49,198 nucleotides of DNA from a virus (Duplodnaviria > Caudoviricetes): positions 1-49,198 of IMG/VR virus record IMGVR_UViG_3300025247_000004; one strand, given 5' to 3'. Numbering within the stretch: the first letter of the stretch is position 1; each line of letters opens with the position of its first letter. The notes under the pieces are model-generated. The model was not told the DNA's origin and did not search any database. It worked only from the letters and a program-made list of their open reading frames with translations. The position numbers were made by a program, and so were the translations under genes. Below, one piece after another: positions 9,548 through 18,841 of the stretch.

Positions 9548-9742
9548 AGGGGAAAGATTAGGGGAAAGAATGGTACATAGTTTAGCGTATTTTGGTTGTG
9601 CTATATTATGCAAATTCATCCAAAAAGTCAATAAAACCGTGTAAAATACTGATAATCAACAACCCGTGCTGCCCCAGTCGTGGGCACTTAAACCCAATGA
9701 TTATGGGTGTTTCAAGAGGCAGGGGAAAGAATTAGGTAAAGA
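9548..9742. other. Putative attP with tRNA-Leu-3'-like core (9674-9687) and arm-type repeats
   Basis: CCAGTCGTGGGCAC core; AGGGGAAAGA at 9548, 9560 and 9721, with a variant at ~9734. Confidence 0.7.
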
Positions 9743-9826
9743 AATCCTAGTTTTTATCCCTGCTTTTTTGTATTTTAGTATCTCCCAATGACACCTGATG
9801 GGGGTGTTAAATTAAATATTTTACAT

Positions 9827-9857
9827 AAAAAGCCCAATCTTTCCGGGTTGGGCTTTT
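9827..9857. terminator. Bidirectional intrinsic terminator-like hairpin
   Basis: AAAAGCCCAATCT-TTCC-GGGTTGGGCTTTT. Confidence 0.6.
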
Positions 9858-10030
9858 AATGAAACGGGCAGGATTAATAGTCTGAACAGCGAAAGCAGGA
9901 CATATATATCTGAACAGCCTGTTTTTAAAAAGTAATAGTACCTTTATCGCCTCTCCTTCCGTCGAATGAAGCGTATCAGTAAAGGTCTTATATAGGCTAA
10001 ACGGAATGACGGATATACCGTAAGAGTAAC

Positions 10031-10064
10031 GGCCCAATCTGAAGTACAAGGGTTGGGCTTTTTT
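10031..10064 (+). terminator. Intrinsic terminator-like hairpin, same stem as 9827
   Basis: GGCCCAATCT...GGTTGGGCTTTTTT. Confidence 0.55.
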
Positions 10065-10352
10065 AAATTAATTTTTGTGGAAAAATACAGAAAAAAACCT
10101 ATTGAGATAGAAGCTATAAGGTTTGACGATGAAAACAAAGACAGAGTTTACACTTGGGCGTCAGGGATTCAGAAAAACATTTACCATGGATGGGATGAAA
10201 ACCAAGACCCTGTTTTGAAGATTCCCACTTTGGAAGGTGAAATGATATGTGGTTTGGGTGATTATTTAATATTAGAACCATTCCCTACTGATTGGAGGAA
10301 ATTATACCCGTGCAAAGCTGATATTTTTGAAAAGACCTATGAAAAGGTTTAA
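10053..10352 (+). CDS. Conserved small phage protein (KYRKKP...YPCK.DIFEKTYE family); true start may be a few codons downstream
   Basis: Recognisable widespread phage family motif. Confidence 0.8.
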   Translation: MGFFKLIFVEKYRKKPIEIEAIRFDDENKDRVYTWASGIQKNIYHGWDENQDPVLKIPTLEGEMICGLGDYLILEPFPTDWRKLYPCKADIFEKTYEKV

Positions 10353-10549
10353 TTTAAATCAATGGTTGTGAATGGAAAAAGAAGAAAGAATTTAGGTTTT
10401 GGGATTACATGTTTTGCTTGGTCCAACTTATTTGGTATTGATGGATATTTCATTATAGATATAGTAAGTCTTATTTTTTTTGGTTTAGGATGTGTATTTA
10501 TGTTTTATTTTATAAAGTACTAAACTGTGTTTAACCTATACCTAAGATT

Positions 10550-10735
10550 ATGGAGGGAAAAACAAAAGTTCGTGTAAAACCCCAAAAAAAGGGCTTCATG
10601 CAAAAAGAAAGAAAAGGTTTTGAAGGATATATTGATGGCTATTATGGAGATGGTTCAATGGGAGTGCAGGCCATTGTAATATCAGATAAGAAAATATATC
10701 GATTTGACTTAGACGATTTAGAGATAATTGAATAA
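10550..10735 (+). CDS. Hypothetical protein
   Basis: Short ORF, SH3-like beta composition. Confidence 0.55.
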   Translation: MEGKTKVRVKPQKKGFMQKERKGFEGYIDGYYGDGSMGVQAIVISDKKIYRFDLDDLEIIE

Positions 10736-10770
10736 AAACACTTTTAACCCCGCTACAAACACCTAAAGCA

Positions 10771-10956
10771 ATGGATGAGAAATTGATTCCCAATGAACAT
10801 GCTGATTGTTATCAAGAACTTTTTAATATGATGAACCAAGAGCATGGTCTTGTATTGACTCTTGAAGAAATGGATGAAATTATTTATGAGTGTAACAAAG
10901 TTCAGAAAAAAGTCAATGAATTATATTCTAAAACCACTTCTTCCACTTCCCAATAG
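10771..10956 (+). CDS. Hypothetical protein
   Basis: Short acidic ORF. Confidence 0.55.
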   Translation: MDEKLIPNEHADCYQELFNMMNQEHGLVLTLEEMDEIIYECNKVQKKVNELYSKTTSSTSQ

Positions 10957-11380
10957 CAATTATGACCAATAAGAAAACAAAGCCCCATATTATCTTGACC
11001 CATCCATCTGAAGATCCTTCCCTGTCCAAATCAATGTTCTTTTCTTTTTTAGTCTCTTTCACTTCTCCTTTATCTTTAACTTGTACGGTTTCATGTACGG
11101 TATCTTGTACGGTGCTATCCACTCTTGTTTTTCGATAAGTGACTTTTTTGGCTCCCTTAATGGTGTCTTTTCCAATAATTAGAGGATTGTACGGTAATGG
11201 TTCTATTATCATTTCTGTTGCATCTTTAGTGAACGTAATCACCGATAACCTGTTTCTTTGGTGAAATACGCTCAAATCCTTTTTTTCATGGCGTTCCTCT
11301 TTGGTGATTTCCGTGGTCTTTTTCTTGGAACCGCAGCTTAACATAAGAGTCAAAACAACCATTAATAAATAATTTTTCAT
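10928..11380 (-). CDS. Putative unimolecular spanin
   Basis: N-terminal lipobox LMLSC plus C-terminal TM segment (IIWGFVFLLVIIAIG); end of the lysis cassette. Confidence 0.75.
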   Translation of the reverse strand: MKNYLLMVVLTLMLSCGSKKKTTEITKEERHEKKDLSVFHQRNRLSVITFTKDATEMIIEPLPYNPLIIGKDTIKGAKKVTYRKTRVDSTVQDTVHETVQVKDKGEVKETKKEKNIDLDREGSSDGWVKIIWGFVFLLVIIAIGKWKKWF

Positions 11381-11447
11381 CTTAATAAATTCATGAACAT
11401 ATCGGGAAAATGAACGTTATTATAAAATATCGGCTTATTATAAGATA

Positions 11448-12467
11448 TTACCTTACCTTGCCCTTTATTATCCTAAGGTTATCCAATTGAAAACCACCAT
11501 CTTTATCTACTTCTATAAAAGAAAATCCATGGTTCCACTTATTATGTGGCATATATTCAGGTCTTAAACCGCACAAACATCCTTGTGAGAAAGTTGATAT
11601 AATATTTCCTCTTATATCTTTTTCATTATGTTCAGATGTTCTGTGGTGATGACCTATCAATGTGTTGCTTATGGCCCTTGTAAATATTGTTCTAGCAGGG
11701 TTTACCTGGCCTCCAAACCCAGCAAAAACTTCGTGTCCGTGAAGTATCGCCAGCTTTCCCGCAAAGGCAAACTGCTTGGACTTTATGAGCTGGTATCCTT
11801 TTTCTCCAAATTTCAGTAATACCGATAATTGAAACTCATCTATACCCAATAATTCAGGAGCTTTTGATTTTAAATATGTTTCCCATCGTTCTTCATGGTT
11901 TCCTATCTTATAATACTTTTTAGCTTTTGGAAACTGTTCATTTATATAATCAAGAAAATCCCTTGTCATATCCAACTCTCCTGCAAGATCTCTTAAACGC
12001 CTATCCTTAATAAATCTACTTCCTTGATAGACGTCCATTATATCACCATTTAAATAAATAACATTAGGATCTATTTTTTTCTTGGCATAATCTATGGTAA
12101 GCTCTATTGCTTTTTTGTCATGATATGGAATGTGTACATCGGAAAGAGATAAAATCCTGTTATTTCCCTTTGGTATTATATATGGAGGTAATTCCTCATA
12201 ATCACTGTCCGGTATTTCGTGCCAATCTTTTTGCTTTCTGGCATTCTGTATTTGTTCTTTGGTTCTTTTTAAATGTTTTGTATCAGGTTGCCCAAATTGA
12301 TGTTCCTGCCTTACTGTCCTTACCAAACTTCTTACTGTCTCTAATTTAGTGAAGTCCAACGGATGATTTTTAAGTATCATTCTTGCAAGGGTTTTTGTGG
12401 GAATGGTTGTATTTTCTTCACAATATTCCTTAACTATTTGAGTAGTGTACTTTTTTTCTTTGTCCAT
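11448..12467 (-). CDS. Calcineurin-like metallophosphoesterase
   Basis: SDVH, GDIMD, GNHE, HGH and GHHH motifs. Confidence 0.9.
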   Translation of the reverse strand: MDKEKKYTTQIVKEYCEENTTIPTKTLARMILKNHPLDFTKLETVRSLVRTVRQEHQFGQPDTKHLKRTKEQIQNARKQKDWHEIPDSDYEELPPYIIPKGNNRILSLSDVHIPYHDKKAIELTIDYAKKKIDPNVIYLNGDIMDVYQGSRFIKDRRLRDLAGELDMTRDFLDYINEQFPKAKKYYKIGNHEERWETYLKSKAPELLGIDEFQLSVLLKFGEKGYQLIKSKQFAFAGKLAILHGHEVFAGFGGQVNPARTIFTRAISNTLIGHHHRTSEHNEKDIRGNIISTFSQGCLCGLRPEYMPHNKWNHGFSFIEVDKDGGFQLDNLRIIKGKVR

Positions 12468-12570
12468 TAAACATTCATCATTATTTCATCAATAGCAACC
12501 TGAATGGCCAACGCACTTATTATATCCCCCTCTTGGTAGGACTGCCATTTTATATCCTCCAGTTCTTCAA

Positions 12571-13056
12571 TCATATCCAAGCTAATTGAAAGTGCATCCC
12601 GTCTTTCCTCTTCCATCTTCCGCCCCATTCAAACCCGGCATCTTCAAAGCACTTTACAAGTTCCATGCTCATTTGCGGCTCTTTTCCAAGTCCGTTCCAA
12701 GCAGCGTTTATATCAATGGCAATTCCCCATGAGTGTATGCTCATGTATATCATGGCAGCCTCAATGCTCAATTCTTTAAGAAGTCTGCTTACCTGTTGCT
12801 CAAAGCCTCTTATCGGTCTTACTTGAAAACAGCCATCCCATGTCTTTATTTCATCTGTTAAACCTCGATTGATTATATTCAGGAAAGCGGTTTCCAAAGG
12901 CACTATCATTGCTTTGTTGCAATAAATTCGCCTCGGGATTTCGGGGATGAGCTGCCAGATATATTCCGGAACTTGCCAAAGGGTCATATAACTGCCCTCA
13001 TCATGCGTTGTATTGGGGTCACCCCATTTTTCGTAACAATCAAGACCTGTAACCAT
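12571..13056 (-). CDS. Endolysin, peptidase M15 family
   Basis: R...SIHSWGIAIDIN...WGGRW..KDGMHFQ. Confidence 0.9.
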   Translation of the reverse strand: MVTGLDCYEKWGDPNTTHDEGSYMTLWQVPEYIWQLIPEIPRRIYCNKAMIVPLETAFLNIINRGLTDEIKTWDGCFQVRPIRGFEQQVSRLLKELSIEAAMIYMSIHSWGIAIDINAAWNGLGKEPQMSMELVKCFEDAGFEWGGRWKRKDGMHFQLAWI

Positions 13057-13403
13057 TATTTATTTCTAAGTAGATTCTTTATCTCCTGTAAATCCTGACC
13101 TATCCGCTTTTGATTCTCACGTATGATAATCAACTGCTCTTTTTCCGTTGCGCTCATGTGCCTGTCAGTATCCCCCATGTGCATTAACAATTGATCTCTT
13201 TGGCTTGGTGAAACCACTGTTTTTTCCTCTAGTTTCTGAATCATCCTTACCTTTTGCTCGTAAGAGTCAAACGTTCTATTGTTTATCGCATCGACCGCCT
13301 TGGGCGCAAAAGAGAACGTGAAAGAAACCATAGAGCCCAATAATGCAACTACTACTGTTCTAAATGCCCACGTTCCAAGTGTTTTCTTTTGTGGTACTGT
13401 CAT
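13056..13403 (-). CDS. Single-TM protein, holin/antiholin candidate
   Basis: N-terminal TM, coiled-coil C terminus, directly upstream of the endolysin. Confidence 0.5.
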   Translation of the reverse strand: MTVPQKKTLGTWAFRTVVVALLGSMVSFTFSFAPKAVDAINNRTFDSYEQKVRMIQKLEEKTVVSPSQRDQLLMHMGDTDRHMSATEKEQLIIIRENQKRIGQDLQEIKNLLRNK

Positions 13404-13762
13404 TACTTTTGTTTTAATGCCTCTGAAATAGGTTTCCGTATCTTTTTCTTTGCAAACTTTCCAAGTATCAATGGAAGTATAACGGGAACCAATACCCAGT
13501 AAAATGTATTATCGTCAAAATGTGGAATCTGATAGCCTATGGTAAGTTTTGCAAATACAATATTGACCACATCTATAACCTCACAACTATATTGAACCGT
13601 GATAAAAGAAACACCTACCAACATCATGTAATCACCTATGTTATTGGAAATCCATTTATTCCAATTAAAAGGCATTACTGAATCCCTGAAATACTTAAAA
13701 TGGATATACTTGTAGATACTTATTACAAGCATACAATATCCTATTCCCTTTAATATTTCCAT
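13403..13762 (-). CDS. Multi-TM protein, holin candidate
   Basis: About 3 hydrophobic segments and a basic C terminus. Confidence 0.5.
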   Translation of the reverse strand: MEILKGIGYCMLVISIYKYIHFKYFRDSVMPFNWNKWISNNIGDYMMLVGVSFITVQYSCEVIDVVNIVFAKLTIGYQIPHFDDNTFYWVLVPVILPLILGKFAKKKIRKPISEALKQK

Positions 13763-13763
13763 A

Positions 13764-14306
13764 TCAATCTATCTTAGTGGTTGAAAAAACATATATCGTT
13801 ATCGGTATCGCTGCTATCATTTCACCTTCAGCAGTTGTTAGAAAAGGCGTTAAATATGCGAACAGAAAACCCAGAACACCGCAGGCAGCACCTAAAATAG
13901 CACCGTGGCCCATAACCGTTCTTACCTGATAATACCAAACCATCCCAATATATGCGGATATAATGGCAATGCCCGTGAAAACCAAATGCAATGCTCCTAT
14001 CAACCCATCATGGTTGACCCCAAAGAACATCACACAAGCGAACAACAAGGCCGTTAACCTGTTCCAATGTCTTTGCCTGATGTTCCAAACAATTCGGAAC
14101 ATCATCCTATCTTTCCTATTATGCTGAAAGCTCCTTATCAAAAAAGTTGACATGATACCGGAAAGCGTTGCGTATAATAGGTAGTCGGTCTGAAAAAGAT
14201 GGTTCTGTGACCAACTGAGTGCGGTACGTCCAAGGGTCATTATAAGCATCGGCACTATCGCCAATCCCATAAAAAACCAAGTCATGTAAACACCCTCCTT
14301 ATTCAT
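13764..14306 (-). CDS. Polytopic membrane protein
   Basis: About 6 hydrophobic segments. Confidence 0.65.
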   Translation of the reverse strand: MNKEGVYMTWFFMGLAIVPMLIMTLGRTALSWSQNHLFQTDYLLYATLSGIMSTFLIRSFQHNRKDRMMFRIVWNIRQRHWNRLTALLFACVMFFGVNHDGLIGALHLVFTGIAIISAYIGMVWYYQVRTVMGHGAILGAACGVLGFLFAYLTPFLTTAEGEMIAAIPITIYVFSTTKID

Positions 14307-14318
14307 ATCGTAACCAGT

Positions 14319-15812
14319 TTACGGGCTTGGGTCAACATCCGCGAATGTTCCACCTGGTCCGTTCCATATCTTGAAATTATCATAGTAAATATCGTAGCTT
14401 GTACCTCCGGGTATAGGTGTTAAAGCTGAACTCCAATAAGGCCCTATCTTCGGGCTTATCTCACCTATTGTAAAAGCACCATCCCTCTCTCGTGCATAAG
14501 TAGTAGTTCCAACGTGGTCAATAACTTTTACTCCATTTATCCAAATCTCAACATAACCATCACTTTTTGGGTCATATCCCAATTGCCTTGCAAGGGTTGT
14601 GGTATCACCTGTATACCCTGCACCAAAAGCACCTTTGAAATGCATAACAAAATCAACCCAAGTACCTGGAGTATAATTGACATTGTATGTTGTAGCACCA
14701 GTACCAGCTCCATACCAAGAACTTACAGGGGAACCGGTATCTGGATTTAATGGAGTGTTGGCTGCTAAATAAGTGTTTGTGGCATCAACAAAATCCAAGG
14801 TTTGGGAAAGACTTATCGATAATTGCGTTCCATTACTATTTTCACGTATAGATATGGGGTTAACGGAATTACTCCCCCCATCGGTTAAATTCCTTTCCTG
14901 AAATATAATCCTTGAATTAAGCATTGGATTGGCCACATAAAAAGAAAGCCCTATCCAATGCTCGCCCCAGCTTAAGGCATTGTCTTTTCCAAGTTCGTTC
15001 CTATCATATTCAGAGCCAGTTGGACTATTATAAGACCCCAACCAAATTGCTCTACCAGTTCCATCTCTTCCTGTTGAAATGTCCGCATCTACATGATCTG
15101 TTGTTCTTGGTAATCCGGTATCTACCTCCCATTGGTTTATCTCACTTTCTGGAACACCGTTTGCGCCCCATTGGTCGGCATAGGTATAAGTTGCAGTTTC
15201 AAAGTCTGTAAAAAATGTAACCGAGGCTGGCAAACCTGATTCAGCGTTTATAGTTGAAATACCTATATCTTCAAGAACCATGTTCTGAATCTCAAAAGTA
15301 TCGCCAATGGTTTCACCTCCGAATGTCAAATCGTTGCCAGTTGCGTTCCCATTTGCATTGGCCCCGTTCCACTCGACTTGATAGGTAACGAAGCTTCCAG
15401 TAAGTGCCTGTGTTGTAATCACACCAAATCTTTGCCCTATCTGCATACCACCGCTTCCAACGGTCTGCCTAGCATCAAATGTCAATCTAAAACGCCTGAC
15501 CTTGTAGATTTGGTTCGGCATAATGTCGTAATATTCAGCTGACCAATTTGCACTACTGGCGGCAATGTTCCCATTGGCTATAACGGTCATGGTTCCCCCA
15601 GTCGCCGTACTTGAATTTCGCAAAGTCCATTCATCGGCATTCACGAAGTCACCATTCAATAATAAATTTTCAACAACTGGAGGGTCCGGTATGGATACAC
15701 TTGATTTAACACGTCCGTTGAATATCCTTCCGCTTTGAGATACCCTTATAACGGTCTGCCCGTAACTTAAAGTGCCAATCAAAATAAAGAATATGTATAG
15801 TTGTTTTCTCAT
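14319..15812 (-). CDS. Signal-peptide protein with CBM-like domain and polysaccharide-lyase-like jelly roll
   Basis: MRKQLYIFFILIGTLSYG|Q; NLLLNGDF CBM-like start; RNEL...GTWVDFVMHF...DGYVEIWING...PKIGPY...IYYDNFKI. Confidence 0.7.
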   Translation of the reverse strand: MRKQLYIFFILIGTLSYGQTVIRVSQSGRIFNGRVKSSVSIPDPPVVENLLLNGDFVNADEWTLRNSSTATGGTMTVIANGNIAASSANWSAEYYDIMPNQIYKVRRFRLTFDARQTVGSGGMQIGQRFGVITTQALTGSFVTYQVEWNGANANGNATGNDLTFGGETIGDTFEIQNMVLEDIGISTINAESGLPASVTFFTDFETATYTYADQWGANGVPESEINQWEVDTGLPRTTDHVDADISTGRDGTGRAIWLGSYNSPTGSEYDRNELGKDNALSWGEHWIGLSFYVANPMLNSRIIFQERNLTDGGSNSVNPISIRENSNGTQLSISLSQTLDFVDATNTYLAANTPLNPDTGSPVSSWYGAGTGATTYNVNYTPGTWVDFVMHFKGAFGAGYTGDTTTLARQLGYDPKSDGYVEIWINGVKVIDHVGTTTYARERDGAFTIGEISPKIGPYWSSALTPIPGGTSYDIYYDNFKIWNGPGGTFADVDPSP

Positions 15813-15813
15813 C

Positions 15814-16689
15814 TTAAAGGTTTCTGCTCAATTCAGTTTGAAACGCCTGTATATCCGTGTAATCATCAGATACTTCCGCATCGCTCAATCCATCTGCTAT
15901 TGCAAAAAAAGTAATGTTCCTACTTGAAAATTCCCCCGCAACGCCATCCCTATTGACGGCTCCAACATACATCGGCTCCAAAAGAGTGTCAAATGATGCT
16001 GTATTATCGCCTGTATTCGTCGTTCCTATCTGTGAACCGTTCCTAAATGCCTTATGGGTAGTTCCCCCATTTTGGGTATTTGTGAACATACCTGATGAAA
16101 CGCCTATTGCTGCAACGGTTATTGAGTTTGATGCAGAACCAGCGTATGAGTAAAAGTCACCCCCAAATTCAGGATAGAATGTCCAATAACCAGTACCGTC
16201 CTTAACCCCTATTCCGCTTCCTTCCGATATATCACTTCTGTAATAAACGGACATTGAATAACTGGAGTTTGTCAATACGGAGGCTGGAACCAAATGAGTA
16301 TCACCGTAACCAGTTGATCCATCTGCTGTAATTCCATTCGCATCATGTGTGATAGTTCCGGTAAACGTTATCCTATAGGCTGCATCTAAATCCCTTGGGT
16401 CTTTAAGGTTCCATTTATGCTCGGCAGCAGTACCACCAATAAAAGGGTAAATTGCCTTATATTTCGTCCAAGTGCCGTTAGCTTTCAACGCTACAACAAG
16501 GTTGTTTATAGCTGTTTCTTCAGTCGCGTTGAGTGTTCCGACCGCATCAATGAAATCCTGTGCATCCGCATCATTACCACCAACGCTTGCTTGTTGTATT
16601 GATGCCAATAGCATTTTGCCCTGTCCAAATGAATTGGAAGAGAGTAAAGTAAATAGAAGAAATATGTATATAAGTTTACCTCTCAACAT
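15814..16689 (-). CDS. Signal-peptide protein, LamG/ConA-like phage fibre-associated domain
   Basis: ...SSNSFG|Q; DADAQDFI...AINNLV..LK..G.W.K..AIYPF.GG...NLK motif seen in phage tail-associated proteins. Confidence 0.6.
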   Translation of the reverse strand: MLRGKLIYIFLLFTLLSSNSFGQGKMLLASIQQASVGGNDADAQDFIDAVGTLNATEETAINNLVVALKANGTWTKYKAIYPFIGGTAAEHKWNLKDPRDLDAAYRITFTGTITHDANGITADGSTGYGDTHLVPASVLTNSSYSMSVYYRSDISEGSGIGVKDGTGYWTFYPEFGGDFYSYAGSASNSITVAAIGVSSGMFTNTQNGGTTHKAFRNGSQIGTTNTGDNTASFDTLLEPMYVGAVNRDGVAGEFSSRNITFFAIADGLSDAEVSDDYTDIQAFQTELSRNL

Positions 16690-18226
16690 AGTAGTAGTCT
16701 ATTGTTGTACCATCGTAAGCAACCTCAAATATTATCATCATCGTAGTTGCTGCCGCGAAAGCCGTTGTATTTGGAAGTTGGTTGAAGGTCAATCCAGTTC
16801 CCGCTAAAGTTGGAGCGGATGCCCTATTGATATAGACCGTCAAGGTTTCCCCAGGGTCACAGTCCGATAATGTGATTGTAGCCGCATCCGCTGTCTGGTC
16901 GTCGTACATTTTCCACCCATCCATTGCTATGGTAGCAGTCGTTATAACTTCCGCTGGACTTGCATCTGTTATGAATACCAACTCTCCTGCACTTGGCGCT
17001 CCATCCGTTGTATAATTGGCCTGTGTCTGCCCGTAAATGTCCGTATATTGTACAGGTGAAGTCCTGCCAGTTCCCTTGGAAACAATATTATCAGGGTCTA
17101 TTCCATCTACCCCTGTTAAGTCAATTGTGTTTCCACCTGTTCCAGAGATTGTTACATCTTTATTTCCAGTTCCACTTAATGAAAGTGTTTGATTCGTTCC
17201 TCCTAGTGTTATATCAGAATCAGGAACTGTGACCACCCTATCAGTTGTTATTGCTGATAAATCAATAAAAATATCGTTTGTTGTTCCTGTTTTTTGAAAA
17301 TACGCTCTACCAGTTGAATCAAAACCAAATCTTGAATAACCACTTGTTGTTGATGTTGGAGTTGCATTCAAAAACTTAGTGTTGCTATCAAATCTCTGCT
17401 CACCCAACCATGTGTAATTTGTTGTCATGTCTAAATTAGACGAAGTCAAAGCACCTAAATCAACATCGGCATCTGGCATTGTTATCGTTCTTGTAGTTGA
17501 TGTTGTAACACCTCCTGCATCAATCCTGACCTGTTTTGTATTGTCCACAGGGTCTTGTACCAATGCTGTTGTGTCGTCTACAGGTAAAGAACCACCACCA
17601 CTCAAAAGACTTGTTCCGTTATATGTTATATCATTTTCAGATGCCTTTAAAACTGTTTCGACTCCATTTGTGCCGGGAGCCAAATCATCCACTAAAAAAT
17701 AAATCCTTGCAAAGTTTGGATTAGTGTATGAATAACCATTTATTTTAGTGTAATTATTTCCCGTTGAAATTTCAGCACCCCCTAAAAGAGATTGTCCAAC
17801 TTGTAAATTTGCAGATCCTAAAACCGATATATTCCCATTAAATTGCTTTGTACCTGTTATAGTTTGAAGTGAACTCAAATCAACATAACTACCAAAATCA
17901 CTAATATCCGCCTCTACCAATGCCCTGCTTTCAAAATCAACTCCATCAGCTACTAATACGTTTCTATTTGTAGGTGTCGAAGTGTTTACATCTGTTAAGT
18001 CTGATAGTTGTGATGCTCCGCCACCTGCCGCTTCTCTCCAAACACTATTTAGATATACCCACTTTGAATTTGTTGTTGAGTTTGAAATCGTCTGTCCTTC
18101 CTCTGGGCTTACTATTGCGTTCATTTCCGTTGTGGTCATTGGTACATCGACATGACCGTTCTGGAACCTTTGACCGTATCCAAGAACTCCAATAAAAAGT
18201 ATTGCTATAAAAAGTATCTTTTTCAT
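16676..18226 (-). CDS. Signal-peptide tail-fibre-like protein
   Basis: MKKILFIAILFIGVLGYG|Q; PMTTTEMNAIVSP trimer-like motif; QTITGTKQF and RTITMPD fibre-type segments; Thr/Gly-rich. Confidence 0.65.
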   Translation of the reverse strand: MKKILFIAILFIGVLGYGQRFQNGHVDVPMTTTEMNAIVSPEEGQTISNSTTNSKWVYLNSVWREAAGGGASQLSDLTDVNTSTPTNRNVLVADGVDFESRALVEADISDFGSYVDLSSLQTITGTKQFNGNISVLGSANLQVGQSLLGGAEISTGNNYTKINGYSYTNPNFARIYFLVDDLAPGTNGVETVLKASENDITYNGTSLLSGGGSLPVDDTTALVQDPVDNTKQVRIDAGGVTTSTTRTITMPDADVDLGALTSSNLDMTTNYTWLGEQRFDSNTKFLNATPTSTTSGYSRFGFDSTGRAYFQKTGTTNDIFIDLSAITTDRVVTVPDSDITLGGTNQTLSLSGTGNKDVTISGTGGNTIDLTGVDGIDPDNIVSKGTGRTSPVQYTDIYGQTQANYTTDGAPSAGELVFITDASPAEVITTATIAMDGWKMYDDQTADAATITLSDCDPGETLTVYINRASAPTLAGTGLTFNQLPNTTAFAAATTMMIIFEVAYDGTTIDYYYVER

Positions 18227-18227
18227 C

Positions 18228-18545
18228 TTAAATCTCTTCGTATTTAAAGTCTATATGGGAATCCTGTGTGGGTGGTGCGGTGATAACGTTTCCAAAGAAC
18301 CATTTACCCCCGTTGATGCCCACCTTTTCGCCAAATACCTTGTCACCAGCTTTGATGTTGGGGTCGTTCACGTCTATTGCCACGCCATTTGGGAATATGT
18401 TCTCAATGACCTCTCTCTTCTGTGCTGCGCTCATGGAGTCTATGGATACTGAATTTCCTATAAGAGTATCGTAGTCTAGTTTTAATTGGTCGTATTCTGA
18501 CCTTAATTGGTTTATCAGTAGAAGATTTGTGTCTGGATTTGCCAT
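18228..18545 (-). CDS. Hypothetical late protein
   Basis: First gene after the 18568 promoter. Confidence 0.65.
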   Translation of the reverse strand: MANPDTNLLLINQLRSEYDQLKLDYDTLIGNSVSIDSMSAAQKREVIENIFPNGVAIDVNDPNIKAGDKVFGEKVGINGGKWFFGNVITAPPTQDSHIDFKYEEI

Positions 18546-18567
18546 GATAGATATGTTCTAAACTATT

Positions 18568-18607
18568 CAAATTTACAACATTTTGTTTTATTTATAACAT
18601 TTTGTTA
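18568..18607 (-). promoter_or_regulatory. Leftward promoter (-7 TAAATTTG) with upstream TGTTTTATTTATAACA box
   Basis: Same 16-mer and spacing as at 34808-34847. Confidence 0.65.
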
Positions 18608-18646
18608 CGGTTTTTTAATCTCAACATTATCAATTACATTTGTTGA

Positions 18647-18841
18647 ATGTTCGGTGTGTTGGTTATTTCAGTCCTTTTTATATTGGGATGTGGCTATGCT
18701 GCACGATTTCTTCTTTGCGATATTTGGATATCGAATCCAAAACAACCAAAAAACACATATGACCCAGAATATGAACTCTACAAGGATTTTCTGCACTCTA
18801 TGGAAAAAGACCTTGAAAAAGAGGATATCAATCTTCCATAA
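18647..18841 (+). CDS. Small single-TM protein, opposite strand (moron-like)
   Basis: Hydrophobic N terminus; TACATTTG box just upstream. Confidence 0.5.
   Translation: MFGVLVISVLFILGCGYAARFLLCDIWISNPKQPKNTYDPEYELYKDFLHSMEKDLEKEDINLP

Noticed and set aside
9881-9900. Hammerhead ribozyme (CTGA...GAAA)
   Set aside because: The core reads CTGAACA rather than CTGAnGA, and the stem arrangement does not fit
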